From: Geobacter sp.
Lineage (GTDB): Bacteria; Desulfobacterota; Desulfuromonadia; Geobacterales; Geobacteraceae
Assembly: GCA_003499925.1 (NCBI GenBank)
Contig: DNRQ01000007.1
Coordinates: forward strand, 2,404-66,403
DNA: 64,000 bases
Direction: 5' to 3'
Shown here: positions 1-9,874 of the stretch, piece after piece
Position numbering within the stretch: the stretch's first letter is position 1
How the letters are laid out: the number at the start of each line of letters is the position of its first letter
The notes under the pieces: generated by a model
Told to the model about the DNA's origin: nothing
Seen by the model: the letters and a program-made list of their open reading frames with translations, nothing else
Database searches by the model: none
Position numbers and translations under genes: made by a program

Positions 1-1
1 C

Positions 2-1081
2 CCGACCCGCGAACTCGCCAACCAGGTGACCGACGCGGTCAGGACCTACGGCAAGTTCATGCGCGTTAGATGCGGCGCCATCCTGGGCGGCATGCCCTAC
101 CGCGAGCAGATGGCCCTCTTGTCCCAGCCGGTCGACATCATCGTGGCTACCCCGGGACGGCTGATCGACCACCTGGACCGCAGAAGCATCAACCTGTCGC
201 GCCTGGAGCTTCTGGTCCTGGACGAGGCGGACCGCATGCTGGACATGGGCTTCTCCGAGGACGTGGACCGCATCGCCGCCGCAGCACCGGACGAGCGCCA
301 GACGCTCCTCTTCACCGCCACCATGGACGACGCCATGGCGAAGCTCGCCAAGCGCCTGCTGACCGACCCGATCCGCATCGCCGTCGAGGCGACCAAGGTC
401 CAGGAACTCCAGATCGAGCAGCGCCTGCACGTCACCGACGACATGCGCCACAAGAACCGCCTGCTGCAGCACCTGATCGCCGACGCCAGCGTCACCAAGG
501 CGATCATCTTCTCCGCCACCAAGCGCGACGCCGACATGCTCGCCGCCGAACTCTACGCACAGGGACACGCGGCTGCGGCCCTGCACGGCGACATGTCCCA
601 GGGGGCGCGCAACAAGACCATCGTCAATATGCGCCGCGGCAAGGTCCGGCTCCTGGTGGCGACCGACGTCGCCGCCCGCGGCCTGGACGTGAACGGGATC
701 AGCCACGTGATCAACTTCGACCTCCCCAAATTCGCCGAGGACTACGTACACAGGATCGGCAGGACCGGGCGCGCCGGTGCCTCAGGCATCGCCATCTCCT
801 TTTGCTCCGGCAACGAGGTCGCCTACCTGGACCGTATCGAGCGCTTTACCGGCAAGACCTTGCCGCAGCACGTCATCGAAGGGTTCGAGCCGACCCGTCC
901 CCTGAGAAGGGCCGGCGGCGGTGCGCCCGGCGCCAGGAAGGGGCGCCCCTCCTCCTCCGATCCGCGCAAGAAGACCTTCGGGGCAGCCAAGGGTCGTCCC
1001 GGTGCACCCAGCGCCTCCGGCCGTCGCGATCAGCAGGTCGTAGTCGAGTACCGGCGCGGCAGGGGCGGCGCTGCGAAGTAG
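2..1081 (+). CDS. DEAD/DEAH-box RNA helicase (5' end outside the window)
   Basis: Frame open from position 2 (PTRELANQV); motifs ATPGRL, DEADRMLDMGF, HRIGRTGRAG; basic C-terminal tail. Confidence 0.95.
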   Translation, partial: PTRELANQVTDAVRTYGKFMRVRCGAILGGMPYREQMALLSQPVDIIVATPGRLIDHLDRRSINLSRLELLVLDEADRMLDMGFSEDVDRIAAAAPDERQTLLFTATMDDAMAKLAKRLLTDPIRIAVEATKVQELQIEQRLHVTDDMRHKNRLLQHLIADASVTKAIIFSATKRDADMLAAELYAQGHAAAALHGDMSQGARNKTIVNMRRGKVRLLVATDVAARGLDVNGISHVINFDLPKFAEDYVHRIGRTGRAGASGIAISFCSGNEVAYLDRIERFTGKTLPQHVIEGFEPTRPLRRAGGGAPGARKGRPSSSDPRKKTFGAAKGRPGAPSASGRRDQQVVVEYRRGRGGAAK

Positions 1082-1234
1082 CCCGTTTACGGTGTTGCTT
1101 TCACCTGGCCTTTTTGGTATCGTCTTGCACTAATCAATGGCCCCCGCGGATCACACTGCGGGGGCCGCTTCTCAAGCAAGATCCGCCGCCGGAATATCTG
1201 CGGCAGCAAAAAAGATTCCCATAGGGGGTGTAGC

Positions 1235-2422
1235 ATGTCTGGAGCTGTAGAATTAGGGAAGGGGCTGTACTGGATCGGGGTGAAGGACCCGAGCCTCACC
1301 GTGTTCGACGACCTCTTTCCCACCGAGCACGGCACCACCTACAACTCCTATCTGGTGCAGGGCGCCACCCACACCGCCATCGTGGACACGGTCAAGGCGA
1401 AGCGCTGCGAGGAGTTCCTCGACAAGCTCCGCTCCGTCCAGGATCCGGCCGAGGTGGACTACATCGTCGTGAACCATTCGGAACCGGACCACTCCGGCTC
1501 CCTCTCCTTTCTGCTCAAGCACTGCCCGAAGGCGGTGGTCATCTCCAGCCAGGCCGCGCATACCTTTCTGGGGAACCAGATCCACACCCCCTTTAAATCC
1601 CGCATCGTCAAGGACGGCGAACTGCTCGACCTGGGCGGCCGCACCCTGAAATTCATCTCCGCCCCCTTTCTGCACTGGCCCGACACCATGTTCACGCTCC
1701 TCGCGGAGGACGGCGTCCTCTTCCCCTGCGACGCCTTCGGCGCCCACTATGCCGGAGACGGGCTTTTTGCCGACGAGATGGCCGACTTCTCCGGAGAGAC
1801 CCGCTTCTATTACGACTGCCTGATGCGCCCCTTCAAGGAGCGGGTCCTGGCCGCCGTGGCGAAGCTCGACGATGTCGAGTTGAACATGGTCTGCCCGAGC
1901 CACGGCCCGATCTACCGCAGCGAGGCGCGCCAGCCGGTCGATCTCTACCGCAAGTGGTCCCAGCCCAAAGCGGGGGGGAAGCGGATCGCCATCTTCTATC
2001 TCTCGCCCCACGGCAATACCGAGCAGATGGCCGAGGCTGTGGCAAAGGGTGCCGGCACTGCCGGGGTGCACGTGACGCTATGCCACATCAACCATGCCTC
2101 GTTCGCCGACGTCCGCGACCTGATGGAAGAGTGCGACGCCCTGATCTTCGGCTGTCCCACCATCAACCGCGACATTCCCAAGCCGATGTGGGACGTACTT
2201 TCCTATCTCTCATCGGTGAGCCTCAAGGGGAACCTGGGAGGGATCTTCGGAAGCTACGGCTGGAGCGGCGAGGCGTGCCGCATGCTGGAGGAGCGTCTCA
2301 AGGGGATGGGCTTCAAGCTTCCGATCCCCTTCGTCCGTGCCCCGTTCCTCCCCAAAGCCGAGTCGCTCGCAGAGTGCGAGGCGCTGGGCCGCGGCATAGC
2401 CGAAGAGGTCCTGAAGAAGTAG
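1235..2422 (+). CDS. fprA: FprA-family flavodiiron protein (metallo-beta-lactamase plus flavodoxin domains)
   Basis: GTTYNSYL, NHSEPDHSG, LHWPDTM, CDAFGAH, FGSYGWSGEA motifs. Confidence 0.9.
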   Translation: MSGAVELGKGLYWIGVKDPSLTVFDDLFPTEHGTTYNSYLVQGATHTAIVDTVKAKRCEEFLDKLRSVQDPAEVDYIVVNHSEPDHSGSLSFLLKHCPKAVVISSQAAHTFLGNQIHTPFKSRIVKDGELLDLGGRTLKFISAPFLHWPDTMFTLLAEDGVLFPCDAFGAHYAGDGLFADEMADFSGETRFYYDCLMRPFKERVLAAVAKLDDVELNMVCPSHGPIYRSEARQPVDLYRKWSQPKAGGKRIAIFYLSPHGNTEQMAEAVAKGAGTAGVHVTLCHINHASFADVRDLMEECDALIFGCPTINRDIPKPMWDVLSYLSSVSLKGNLGGIFGSYGWSGEACRMLEERLKGMGFKLPIPFVRAPFLPKAESLAECEALGRGIAEEVLKK

Positions 2423-2540
2423 ATCGATGATCCCCCCTTTTTCCAAAGGGGGGATTGCTTTTAAACAGCAGCAATCCTCTTCTCCTTCCATTGCCGCGAC
2501 CGCTTCCCGCGTAGCGCGAAACCCGAATCGAAATCCTCCC

Positions 2541-4796
2541 ATGCAGACATCCACCCATCACATCGTAGAGGTCGCCATCCCCCTGCCGCTGGAAGGGAGC
2601 TTCCACTACCTGGTGCCCGAGCGCCTGTCGCAGCTGGCCGTCGCGGGGAAGCGGGTGCTGGTTCCCTTCGGCAGGCGCAAGGTGACCGGCTACCTGTTGG
2701 GCGACGCCGTCGCCACCGGCGCAGAGCTGAAGGAGCTGCTGGAGGTCCTGGACGAGGAGCCGCTTTTCACCGGGCCGGAGCTCGAGTTTTACCGCTGGAT
2801 CGCCAATTACTACCTGCATCCGCTGGGCGAGGTGATCAAGATGGCGCTTCCCGCCGGGATCAACCTGGTCAGCCGCTACCGCTGCGAGACGGCCGAGGAC
2901 GGCACGCCGGTGCTGCGGGAGTTCTTGAGCGGCGGCAAGAGTGTCCGGACCGAGAGGATCTACAGCGCGGTTGACGGGGCTGAGAGACTCCCCCGGGGCA
3001 AGGGGCTGGAGATCCTGGAGTACCTGGGGGAGGCGGGGGCGTGTTCCGCAGCCGATCTCGGCAAGCGTTTCGGCAACTGCAGGGCGCAGCTGCGCCGGTT
3101 GGTCGAGCTTGGAGCGGCGCGTCTCGAGGAGCGCGAGGTCTATCGCGACCCCTTTCGCGCCGAGAGCTTCGGCCACGACTCGTCCCTGCCGCTAAACGCA
3201 GACCAGCAGGAGGCCTTCAACCGGATCTCGGACGCCATCGGCTCGCGGGCCTTCTCGCCGTTCCTGTTGCACGGCGTCACCGGCAGCGGCAAGACCGAGG
3301 TGTACCTGCAGAGCATCGCCGTCTCTCTTGCCGCCGGGAACTCGGCGCTGGTCCTGGTGCCGGAGATCGCCCTGACCCCGCAGCTGGTCGGCCGTTTCAA
3401 GAGGCGCTTTGACTGCGGCATCGCCGTTTTGCACTCGGGACTCTCCGACGGGGAGCGCTACGACGAGTGGCGCCGCATCAGGCGCGGCGAGGCGCTGATC
3501 GTGATCGGCGCCCGGTCGGCGCTCTTCGCGCCGCTGGAGCGGCTGGGCGTCATCGTGGTCGACGAGGAGCATGAGGGAAGCTACAAGCAGTCGGAGGGGG
3601 TGCGCTACAACAGCCGGGACCTCGCCCTGGTGCGGGGGAAGCTCGCCTCGGCCGTGGTGATCCTCGGCTCGGCCACCCCGCTTGTCACCAGCTACCATGC
3701 CGCGAAAAAGGGGCGGCTCGGCTTCCTGCACCTCCCCAGCCGGGTGCGCGAGCTCCCGATGCCGGAGACGGTCATGCTGGACGCCAGGAGGCAAAAGGGG
3801 AAGACCTTCCTGCAGCCGCTCGTCGACGCCATCGGGGAGAACCTCGATGCCGGCGGGCAGACCCTCCTCTTCCTGAACCGGCGCGGCTTCGCAACTTACG
3901 TGGTGTGCCAGGATTGCGGCCATGTGCTGCGCTGCCCCAACTGCGAGGTGACCCTCACCTATCACCGCGGCAAGGGGCGCCACATCTGCCATTACTGCGA
4001 CTATTCGATCCCCGCCCCCTCCATCTGCCCCGCCTGCCAGGGGAGCGACATCACGCTCCTTGGGCGCGGCACGGAGCGGGTCGAGGAGGAGGTGCAGGAA
4101 CTTTTCCCCGAGGCGCGGGTCTCGCGGATGGACCGCGATTCGACCAAGGGGAAGGGGGGGCACGCCAGGGTGCTCAAGGAACTGGAGGACGGTACGGTCG
4201 ACATCCTGATCGGCACCCAGATGATCGCCAAGGGGCACGATTTTCCCGGCGTGACCCTGGTCGGCGTGGTCTCCGCCGACGCCTCGCTGAACCTCCCCGA
4301 CTTCAGGAGCAGCGAGAGGACCTTCCAGCTGGTGACCCAGGTTATGGGGAGGGCGGGGCGGGGAGACAAGCCGGGACGGGTGCTGGTGCAGACCCTGGCG
4401 CCGGAGCATTACGCCCTGACCCATGCGGTGAACCACGACTTCGAGGGGTTCTATGAAAAAGAGATCGCCTTTCGCGAGGACGTAGGCTACCCCCCCTTCG
4501 CCCACCTGGCCTCGCTCACCATCTCCTCGATCGCGGCTCCCCAGGCGGCGAACTCGTCCGATGAGGCGGCCGCTCTGCTCAGGAAGATCAAGGGGGAGTG
4601 CCGGCTGCGGGTGGAGATCCTCGGGCCGGTCACAGCGCCGCTTGGCAAGGTGCGCGGACGCTTCCGCTGGCAGATCCTGCTGAAGGGAAGGGAGCGCTCC
4701 GAGCTGCACCGGCTCCTGTTTCATTTCCGGGGGGCGTACAGTCATCCGTCAACGGTACGCCTGGTGGTCGACGTGGACCCCGTAGAGATGCTGTAA
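2541..4796 (+). CDS. priA: Primosomal protein N'
   Basis: LLHGVTGSGKTEVY, DEEH, GSATP, four CxxC zinc motifs, GTQMIAKGHDFP, C-terminal DVDP; start placed at ATG 2541, downstream of a palindromic repeat. Confidence 0.95.
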   Translation: MQTSTHHIVEVAIPLPLEGSFHYLVPERLSQLAVAGKRVLVPFGRRKVTGYLLGDAVATGAELKELLEVLDEEPLFTGPELEFYRWIANYYLHPLGEVIKMALPAGINLVSRYRCETAEDGTPVLREFLSGGKSVRTERIYSAVDGAERLPRGKGLEILEYLGEAGACSAADLGKRFGNCRAQLRRLVELGAARLEEREVYRDPFRAESFGHDSSLPLNADQQEAFNRISDAIGSRAFSPFLLHGVTGSGKTEVYLQSIAVSLAAGNSALVLVPEIALTPQLVGRFKRRFDCGIAVLHSGLSDGERYDEWRRIRRGEALIVIGARSALFAPLERLGVIVVDEEHEGSYKQSEGVRYNSRDLALVRGKLASAVVILGSATPLVTSYHAAKKGRLGFLHLPSRVRELPMPETVMLDARRQKGKTFLQPLVDAIGENLDAGGQTLLFLNRRGFATYVVCQDCGHVLRCPNCEVTLTYHRGKGRHICHYCDYSIPAPSICPACQGSDITLLGRGTERVEEEVQELFPEARVSRMDRDSTKGKGGHARVLKELEDGTVDILIGTQMIAKGHDFPGVTLVGVVSADASLNLPDFRSSERTFQLVTQVMGRAGRGDKPGRVLVQTLAPEHYALTHAVNHDFEGFYEKEIAFREDVGYPPFAHLASLTISSIAAPQAANSSDEAAALLRKIKGECRLRVEILGPVTAPLGKVRGRFRWQILLKGRERSELHRLLFHFRGAYSHPSTVRLVVDVDPVEML

Positions 4797-4866
4797 AAAG
4801 TCCCCCTTTGTCAAAGGGGGGAGAGTTGACAAAGCTGGATGAAGCTGGACGCCACAGCCTGTCTAT

Positions 4867-4901
4867 AAAAAAAGGGGCACCCTTTCGGGAGCCCCTTTTT
4901 T
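4867..4901. terminator. Bidirectional intrinsic terminator between convergent priA and cbcL
   Basis: A-run, GGGGC..CC stem, loop, GG..GCCCC, T-run. Confidence 0.7.
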
Positions 4902-4922
4902 CGTGTCCTTGTCGCCTGTTTC

Positions 4923-6773
4923 CTAGTGGTGCGGGAAGAGGAAGGCGTAGACCATCAGCATGAGCAGCGTGATGCCTATGAAGAGGGCGGTGAATCCGAA
5001 GGTCTTCAGGCAGAAGTCGTAGACGATGCCGCTAGACTTCTTGGCCTTGAACTGCTCGGTGATGCCGTCCTTCTCGTAGCGCGCCCACTGGTCGCCACGC
5101 TCCTCGACGAACTCGTGCTTGGACATCTGGCCGTTGAAGATGACGAAGTCCATCGGGAACTTCTCCGGACGTCCGTGGGTGTTGAAGAAGTGGACGCTGA
5201 AGATGAAGCCGGTAGCAAGCAGCGCCTCATCGGAGTGGATGATGGTCGCCACGTTGAAGGCCCACCCCGGCAGGAAGCTGCCGAAGAACTCGGGGAACCA
5301 GAGCATCAGGCCGGAGCCGCCGATGGCGAACATACCCCAGAAGACCGCGATGAAGTCGAATTTCTCCCAGTAGGTCCATCTCTCGAAGGTCGGTTTGGGC
5401 CCCTTGAAGAAGAACCAGCGTACCATGCCGACTACGTCGCTGATGTCGCGCAGGTTCGGGCAGAGTGAATCAGGTCCGAACAGCCTCTGCAGCGGGTTGC
5501 CTTTGATGTCCTTCCTGATGAACAGGAAGTGGATGCTCATGTAGATCGCCATGGCGAAGTAGACGAAGGTGATGCCGGCGCAGATCCTGTGGAAGCCGGC
5601 CGCGTTGGGTGCTCCGCCGTAGAGATCCATCAGCACCTTGGCCCAGGCCTGGTCGCTGAACTTGAGCGGTAGGCCGGTAAGCGAGAGCCCGAGGAAGCTG
5701 ATGATGACCAGCAGATGCATGAACACGTGAACCCTTCTGAAGCGGCGGTACTGGCTGTGCCCTTCGGGTACGTGGTGCATGATGTGCCCTTCTTCGAGAG
5801 CCGCCGCCTTCTCCCTGTTCTCCACGAAGCCGCGGATCATCCAGAGCAGGGTGTGCAGCCAGAACACCGCGAAGGTGGAGACCAGCAGGCCGGTCATGGC
5901 GATGAAGGTGTAGTAGAGGATCGGATAGTTTTCGCGATCGTTGTGCTCGCCGTGGGCGTAGAACTTGGTGAAGAGCGCGCTGCCCTTCTTGTGGCAGCTG
6001 CTGCAGGTCTTCACCAGGTTGTTGGGGTGTACCGAGGAGTTGGGGTCGGCGGACGGCAGGATCGCATGGGCGGTGTGGCAGTCGGCGCAGCCGGCCACCT
6101 TTTCCGGGTAACCCAGGCGGTAGTTCTTGCCGTGATAGCTCTCCATGTAGCTTTCCACCGCCACCTTGGAGATCTTGTTGCGCTCCACGAGCTTCTCGTC
6201 GGCGTGGCACCTGAGGCAGACCTTGGTGTGGAACTCGCGGTTGGTGTGCGAGGAGGGGTCGCCCAGCGCCTGGATCTCGTGCAGGGCGTGACAGTCGTTA
6301 CAGGCGGCCGAGTCCTGGTTTCCCGCGATTACCCCCTTGCCGTGCACCGACTGGGCGAAGCCGCGCTCATCCTTGTGGCACTTGACGCAGATGGCGAGCA
6401 CCCGGCGCTTGTCCTGGTTCCAGGAGGTGTGGCTGTGCATGTCGGTGTGGCAGTTGGCGCACTGGACCCCTTTCTGCGTATGAATGCTGTTGGCGTGTTC
6501 CGCACTCTCCTTCTTGTGGCAGCGAACGCACTGTACCTTGCCGACAGCCACCTCGCCCCTCATGTGCTTGGCGAGCTCGACGATCTCGACGTGGCAGCTG
6601 GTGCAGCCGTTTTTGCCGTGCACCGATTTCGCCATCAGTTCGGCGGAGATCTTGTCGCCGTGGCAGCCGAGGCAGGTCGCCGGGTCGATCGCCATCCCCT
6701 GGGTGGCGGCCGCGGGTTGGGCCATTGCAAGGAGCAGTAGCAGCGGGATGATACGTGTGAAGACATGGACCAT
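4923..6773 (-). CDS. cbcL: Inner-membrane nonaheme c-type / b-type cytochrome (CbcL-like)
   Basis: Signal peptide, exactly nine CxxCH motifs, then a multi-TM cytochrome b domain (RWTYWEKFDFIAVFWG, IIHSDEALLA); AGGAG precedes ATG 6773. Confidence 0.85.
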   Translation of the reverse strand: MVHVFTRIIPLLLLLAMAQPAAATQGMAIDPATCLGCHGDKISAELMAKSVHGKNGCTSCHVEIVELAKHMRGEVAVGKVQCVRCHKKESAEHANSIHTQKGVQCANCHTDMHSHTSWNQDKRRVLAICVKCHKDERGFAQSVHGKGVIAGNQDSAACNDCHALHEIQALGDPSSHTNREFHTKVCLRCHADEKLVERNKISKVAVESYMESYHGKNYRLGYPEKVAGCADCHTAHAILPSADPNSSVHPNNLVKTCSSCHKKGSALFTKFYAHGEHNDRENYPILYYTFIAMTGLLVSTFAVFWLHTLLWMIRGFVENREKAAALEEGHIMHHVPEGHSQYRRFRRVHVFMHLLVIISFLGLSLTGLPLKFSDQAWAKVLMDLYGGAPNAAGFHRICAGITFVYFAMAIYMSIHFLFIRKDIKGNPLQRLFGPDSLCPNLRDISDVVGMVRWFFFKGPKPTFERWTYWEKFDFIAVFWGMFAIGGSGLMLWFPEFFGSFLPGWAFNVATIIHSDEALLATGFIFSVHFFNTHGRPEKFPMDFVIFNGQMSKHEFVEERGDQWARYEKDGITEQFKAKKSSGIVYDFCLKTFGFTALFIGITLLMLMVYAFLFPHH

Positions 6774-7298
6774 TGTAATCTCCTGTAAATTAAAAAAACA
6801 TCGTTTTGCAACGCCGTATTCGGCTTGGTGGCGCTCGGAACGGCGCCTAATGTAATACGCGGCGCTGCATAAATCAACTGAAAAAGTGCCAATTAATAAG
6901 CAAGATACAACTTTGTCGCCGGTCATTTGGCGTAATTGCGGGGGGATGGTCGGTTAAATCGCTGAGTGAGAGTTTCTATTAATGAATCAAAATTTCGGAA
7001 TGAATTGGCGCCCGTGCCGGCCCTGGAAAAAACCGGGTATGACGATTTTTATGAAGCCGCCGCAATAAGGGGGGGAGCTTCTGCAGGCGCGGGGTGGTGC
7101 CGTTCGGATCAGGAGGAGATCCTGCCCGATCGGTGCCCGAGGCAACCCGGTCGGAGCAAAAGGATCCGATCAATATTGGTTAGAAACGCTGCATGTATCA
7201 AGGGCGCGGGGGTGACGCTTCCGGGAGGGAATCTTCTGCTGCATTGGAGGGGGTGAAGTCGGCGCTGGTCGGTGTGAATTAATGGCCGGAGGGCCGCT

Positions 7299-9161
7299 TC
7301 AGGCCGGCCGGGACAGGGTGACGATCCCTTCGGAGAGGGCGAACTCCAGGAAGGGGAGGAGTTCCGCCCCGGGGAGCCCGAGATCCCGGCAGAGGGCGAG
7401 CGCCGTGCGTTTGCCGTCCAGCGCGAGCAGGAGCTCGAAGTAGGGCCTGGAGACCGATTCGGTGCAGACCTCCCCGGCGGCGGGATAGATGACGGCGTAC
7501 GATTGGGCAGGCTTGAAGCAGGAGGCGAAGGCCGGCAGTTCCATGTCGCCCGCCTCCAGGATGTCCAGGATCTCGTAGTTGAACCGGGCCAGCGCGGCAG
7601 AGGGCGCCAGTTGCAGGGGGCGCTGCAGAAGGTCGATCCCTTTCAGCTCCCTCGGGGCCGGGGGGACGGGAGGGGTTGCCAGCAGGGCGCAGGCGTAGTG
7701 GTGGTGGTAGTCGGCAAGATCGAGGGCGAGCGGCAGGAGCCGGCTCTTTTTCCTGTCCCGGAAGATCTCGCTCAGGAATTGCCGCTGCAGCCCCCAGATC
7801 TCCTGCTCCGCGATCTCCTGCTCGCCCAGGGCCGACCTGGAGCCGAGGAAGCGGGAAAAAGCCGAGAGGAAGGCGGCTGGGGAGAGCTTCAAGGCCGCCA
7901 GCGTCGCGTTGAACCAGGCCACCGCCTTGCCGCGGCTGTAGAAGATGTCGCAGGCGGCCGCCAAAAGGCGTGCCTCCTCAAGCTCCCCGGCCGTGAAGTC
8001 GGGCGTGGAGAGGAGCGTATAGGGGGGGGAGGGGAGGTGTTTCAGCCCCAGCGCGTCCGCTTTGGCGTAGAGCCTGGTCCCCGGGAGCACGGCGAGCGGG
8101 AAGATGTCCAGGTGGTTCGGGTACAGGGAGAGGGCGAAGTCGAGCGAACTCCGGAACAGCGACAGGCTGTCGCCGGGAAGGCCGTAGATCAGGTCGAAGC
8201 CGAAGATGGCGCCGTGCCGGTTCAGAAGCGACACCCGGTAGGAGAAGTCGTCGGGGTCGAATCCGCGGCCCACAGCGCGCAGCACCCCGGGATCGGCGCT
8301 CTGCAGGCCGATCTGCAGCGAGCAGGTGACGGAGGCGAACAGCTCGGCCATTTCGGCGTCGATGAACTCGCTGCGCACCTCGAAGTGGAAGTGCACCTGC
8401 GGGGCGAGCCTCCCGATCAGCCGGAGGATCTCCTTGGCGCGCTTGGGCAGCTTGTTGAAGGTGGAGTCGAGCACGAACACCTGCGGCACGCGCAGGCGGG
8501 CGAAGAGGCGTAGCTCCGCCTCGATTCTCGCCAGCGCGAAGCGCCGCACCCCGCCGGCCCCCTTGTGGTCGAAGCAGAAGGCGCAGGCGAAGTCGCAGCC
8601 GCGGGAGAGCTGCCAGAGCGCGCCGCCCGGGAGGGCGGGGTCGAGCAGCCCCGAAAGGTAGGGGGACGGGATCGAGTCGATCTCGGCCGGCACCGGAAGC
8701 GCTCCGGGGAGCTCGCCCGGCATCAGGACTCCCGGCACCCCGGCCGGCCCCGCTCCCCGGAGCGCCAGGCGGACCGCCTGCACGAAGGGGAGCTCCCCCT
8801 CGCCGCGGACCAGGAACCGGAACACTCCGGAGTCGAGGAGCCCCGCCGGGTTGGCGGTGGGCTCGGCGCCGCCGGCGCAAAGCGTCAGCGCGGGGGCGAT
8901 CCGGACCAGACGCTGCGCGATGGAGAGGGCATGGTCCCGGCTCCAGACGTAGATGGAGAAGGCGACCAGGTCGGGGGCCGTTTTCAGGATCGCCTCGGCG
9001 CACTCCCCGGGGGAGTCCTCCAGGAAGAACTCGGCGATCTCGACGCGGACCGCTCCCGAAACCTCCGGGTCCGCCAGCAGCGCCTCCTTCAGGAAGGCGC
9101 AGGCAAGGGGGACCGCCTGCGGGGAGCGCTGCGGGTGTATGGCGACCAGTGTTATGTTCAT
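7299..9161 (-). CDS. B12-binding-domain radical SAM protein
   Basis: SRGCDFACAFC (CxxxCxxC), N-terminal cobalamin-binding-like domain, DLIYGLPG; ATG overlaps the upstream stop. Confidence 0.85.
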   Translation of the reverse strand: MNITLVAIHPQRSPQAVPLACAFLKEALLADPEVSGAVRVEIAEFFLEDSPGECAEAILKTAPDLVAFSIYVWSRDHALSIAQRLVRIAPALTLCAGGAEPTANPAGLLDSGVFRFLVRGEGELPFVQAVRLALRGAGPAGVPGVLMPGELPGALPVPAEIDSIPSPYLSGLLDPALPGGALWQLSRGCDFACAFCFDHKGAGGVRRFALARIEAELRLFARLRVPQVFVLDSTFNKLPKRAKEILRLIGRLAPQVHFHFEVRSEFIDAEMAELFASVTCSLQIGLQSADPGVLRAVGRGFDPDDFSYRVSLLNRHGAIFGFDLIYGLPGDSLSLFRSSLDFALSLYPNHLDIFPLAVLPGTRLYAKADALGLKHLPSPPYTLLSTPDFTAGELEEARLLAAACDIFYSRGKAVAWFNATLAALKLSPAAFLSAFSRFLGSRSALGEQEIAEQEIWGLQRQFLSEIFRDRKKSRLLPLALDLADYHHHYACALLATPPVPPAPRELKGIDLLQRPLQLAPSAALARFNYEILDILEAGDMELPAFASCFKPAQSYAVIYPAAGEVCTESVSRPYFELLLALDGKRTALALCRDLGLPGAELLPFLEFALSEGIVTLSRPA

Positions 9162-9712
9162 GAGCTCTTCGGGCGGGCCTTCAGGCGCGGCTTGCCGTCT
9201 TCGATCACCACCACGAAACTGACGTCGCTGCAGCGGTACTTTTCCATTATGGCGGGCTTTTGCCGCTCGATCGCCTGGGCGATCTTCTCGCGGGAGAGAT
9301 TTTCCACCGGGAGGTTGCACGAAACGCGCGCGTTGCGGTACTCTTGGTAGATCCTGTCGAGCTGCAGTTCGGAAGCGGGGGGGGGCGCTTCGGCGCCGCG
9401 CTCCCTGGCCGCGTCCGGGCGGCGCAGCGACATCTTGAAGCGGTCCCTCTCGTACTTGCCCTCCTCCATCAGGCGGTTGATGCGGGTCCATTTCTGCTTG
9501 TGGACGCTGAGGGCCGCGGCGAGGGAATCGTACTTGAACCTTTGCATGGTGTTGGGGATGCCCACGTTCCGGTAGCGCATCACCAGACGCTCCACCTCCT
9601 CAAGCAGCTTGAGCGGTTCCCTCTTCTCAACCCCGAAGAAGTACTGCTCGTACTTGACGATGAGCTCGCGCAGCTCCAGTTCCAGTCGCGCTATGTCCTC
9701 GGGAATTCCCAT
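9158..9712 (-). CDS. Conserved hypothetical protein (resembles MXAN_5187 C-terminal domain proteins)
   Basis: YEQYFFGVEKREP and FVVVIEDGKPRLKA motifs; GGAGG before ATG 9712. Confidence 0.65.
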   Translation of the reverse strand: MGIPEDIARLELELRELIVKYEQYFFGVEKREPLKLLEEVERLVMRYRNVGIPNTMQRFKYDSLAAALSVHKQKWTRINRLMEEGKYERDRFKMSLRRPDAARERGAEAPPPASELQLDRIYQEYRNARVSCNLPVENLSREKIAQAIERQKPAIMEKYRCSDVSFVVVIEDGKPRLKARPKSS

Positions 9713-9874
9713 GCATCCTCCAAGGCGACTATAACGGGAAGTTACAGTCGTGTAAATGGTAAAAAACAGCCGGTGAACGGCCGGAGCAGTGAGTGAAACA
9801 CCTTGACGAGCTGGGCTATTGTTGATAAAAATAACCTTTTCCTCTAGCATGCATCAGGCCAAAGGAGGTCCGAG

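Noticed and set aside
2428..4823. priA mobilised between two similar hairpins (2430-2454 and 4801-4822)
   Set aside because: Both are short members of the common CCCCCTTT..AAAGGGGG repeat class; priA is a core gene and there is no duplication or transposase.
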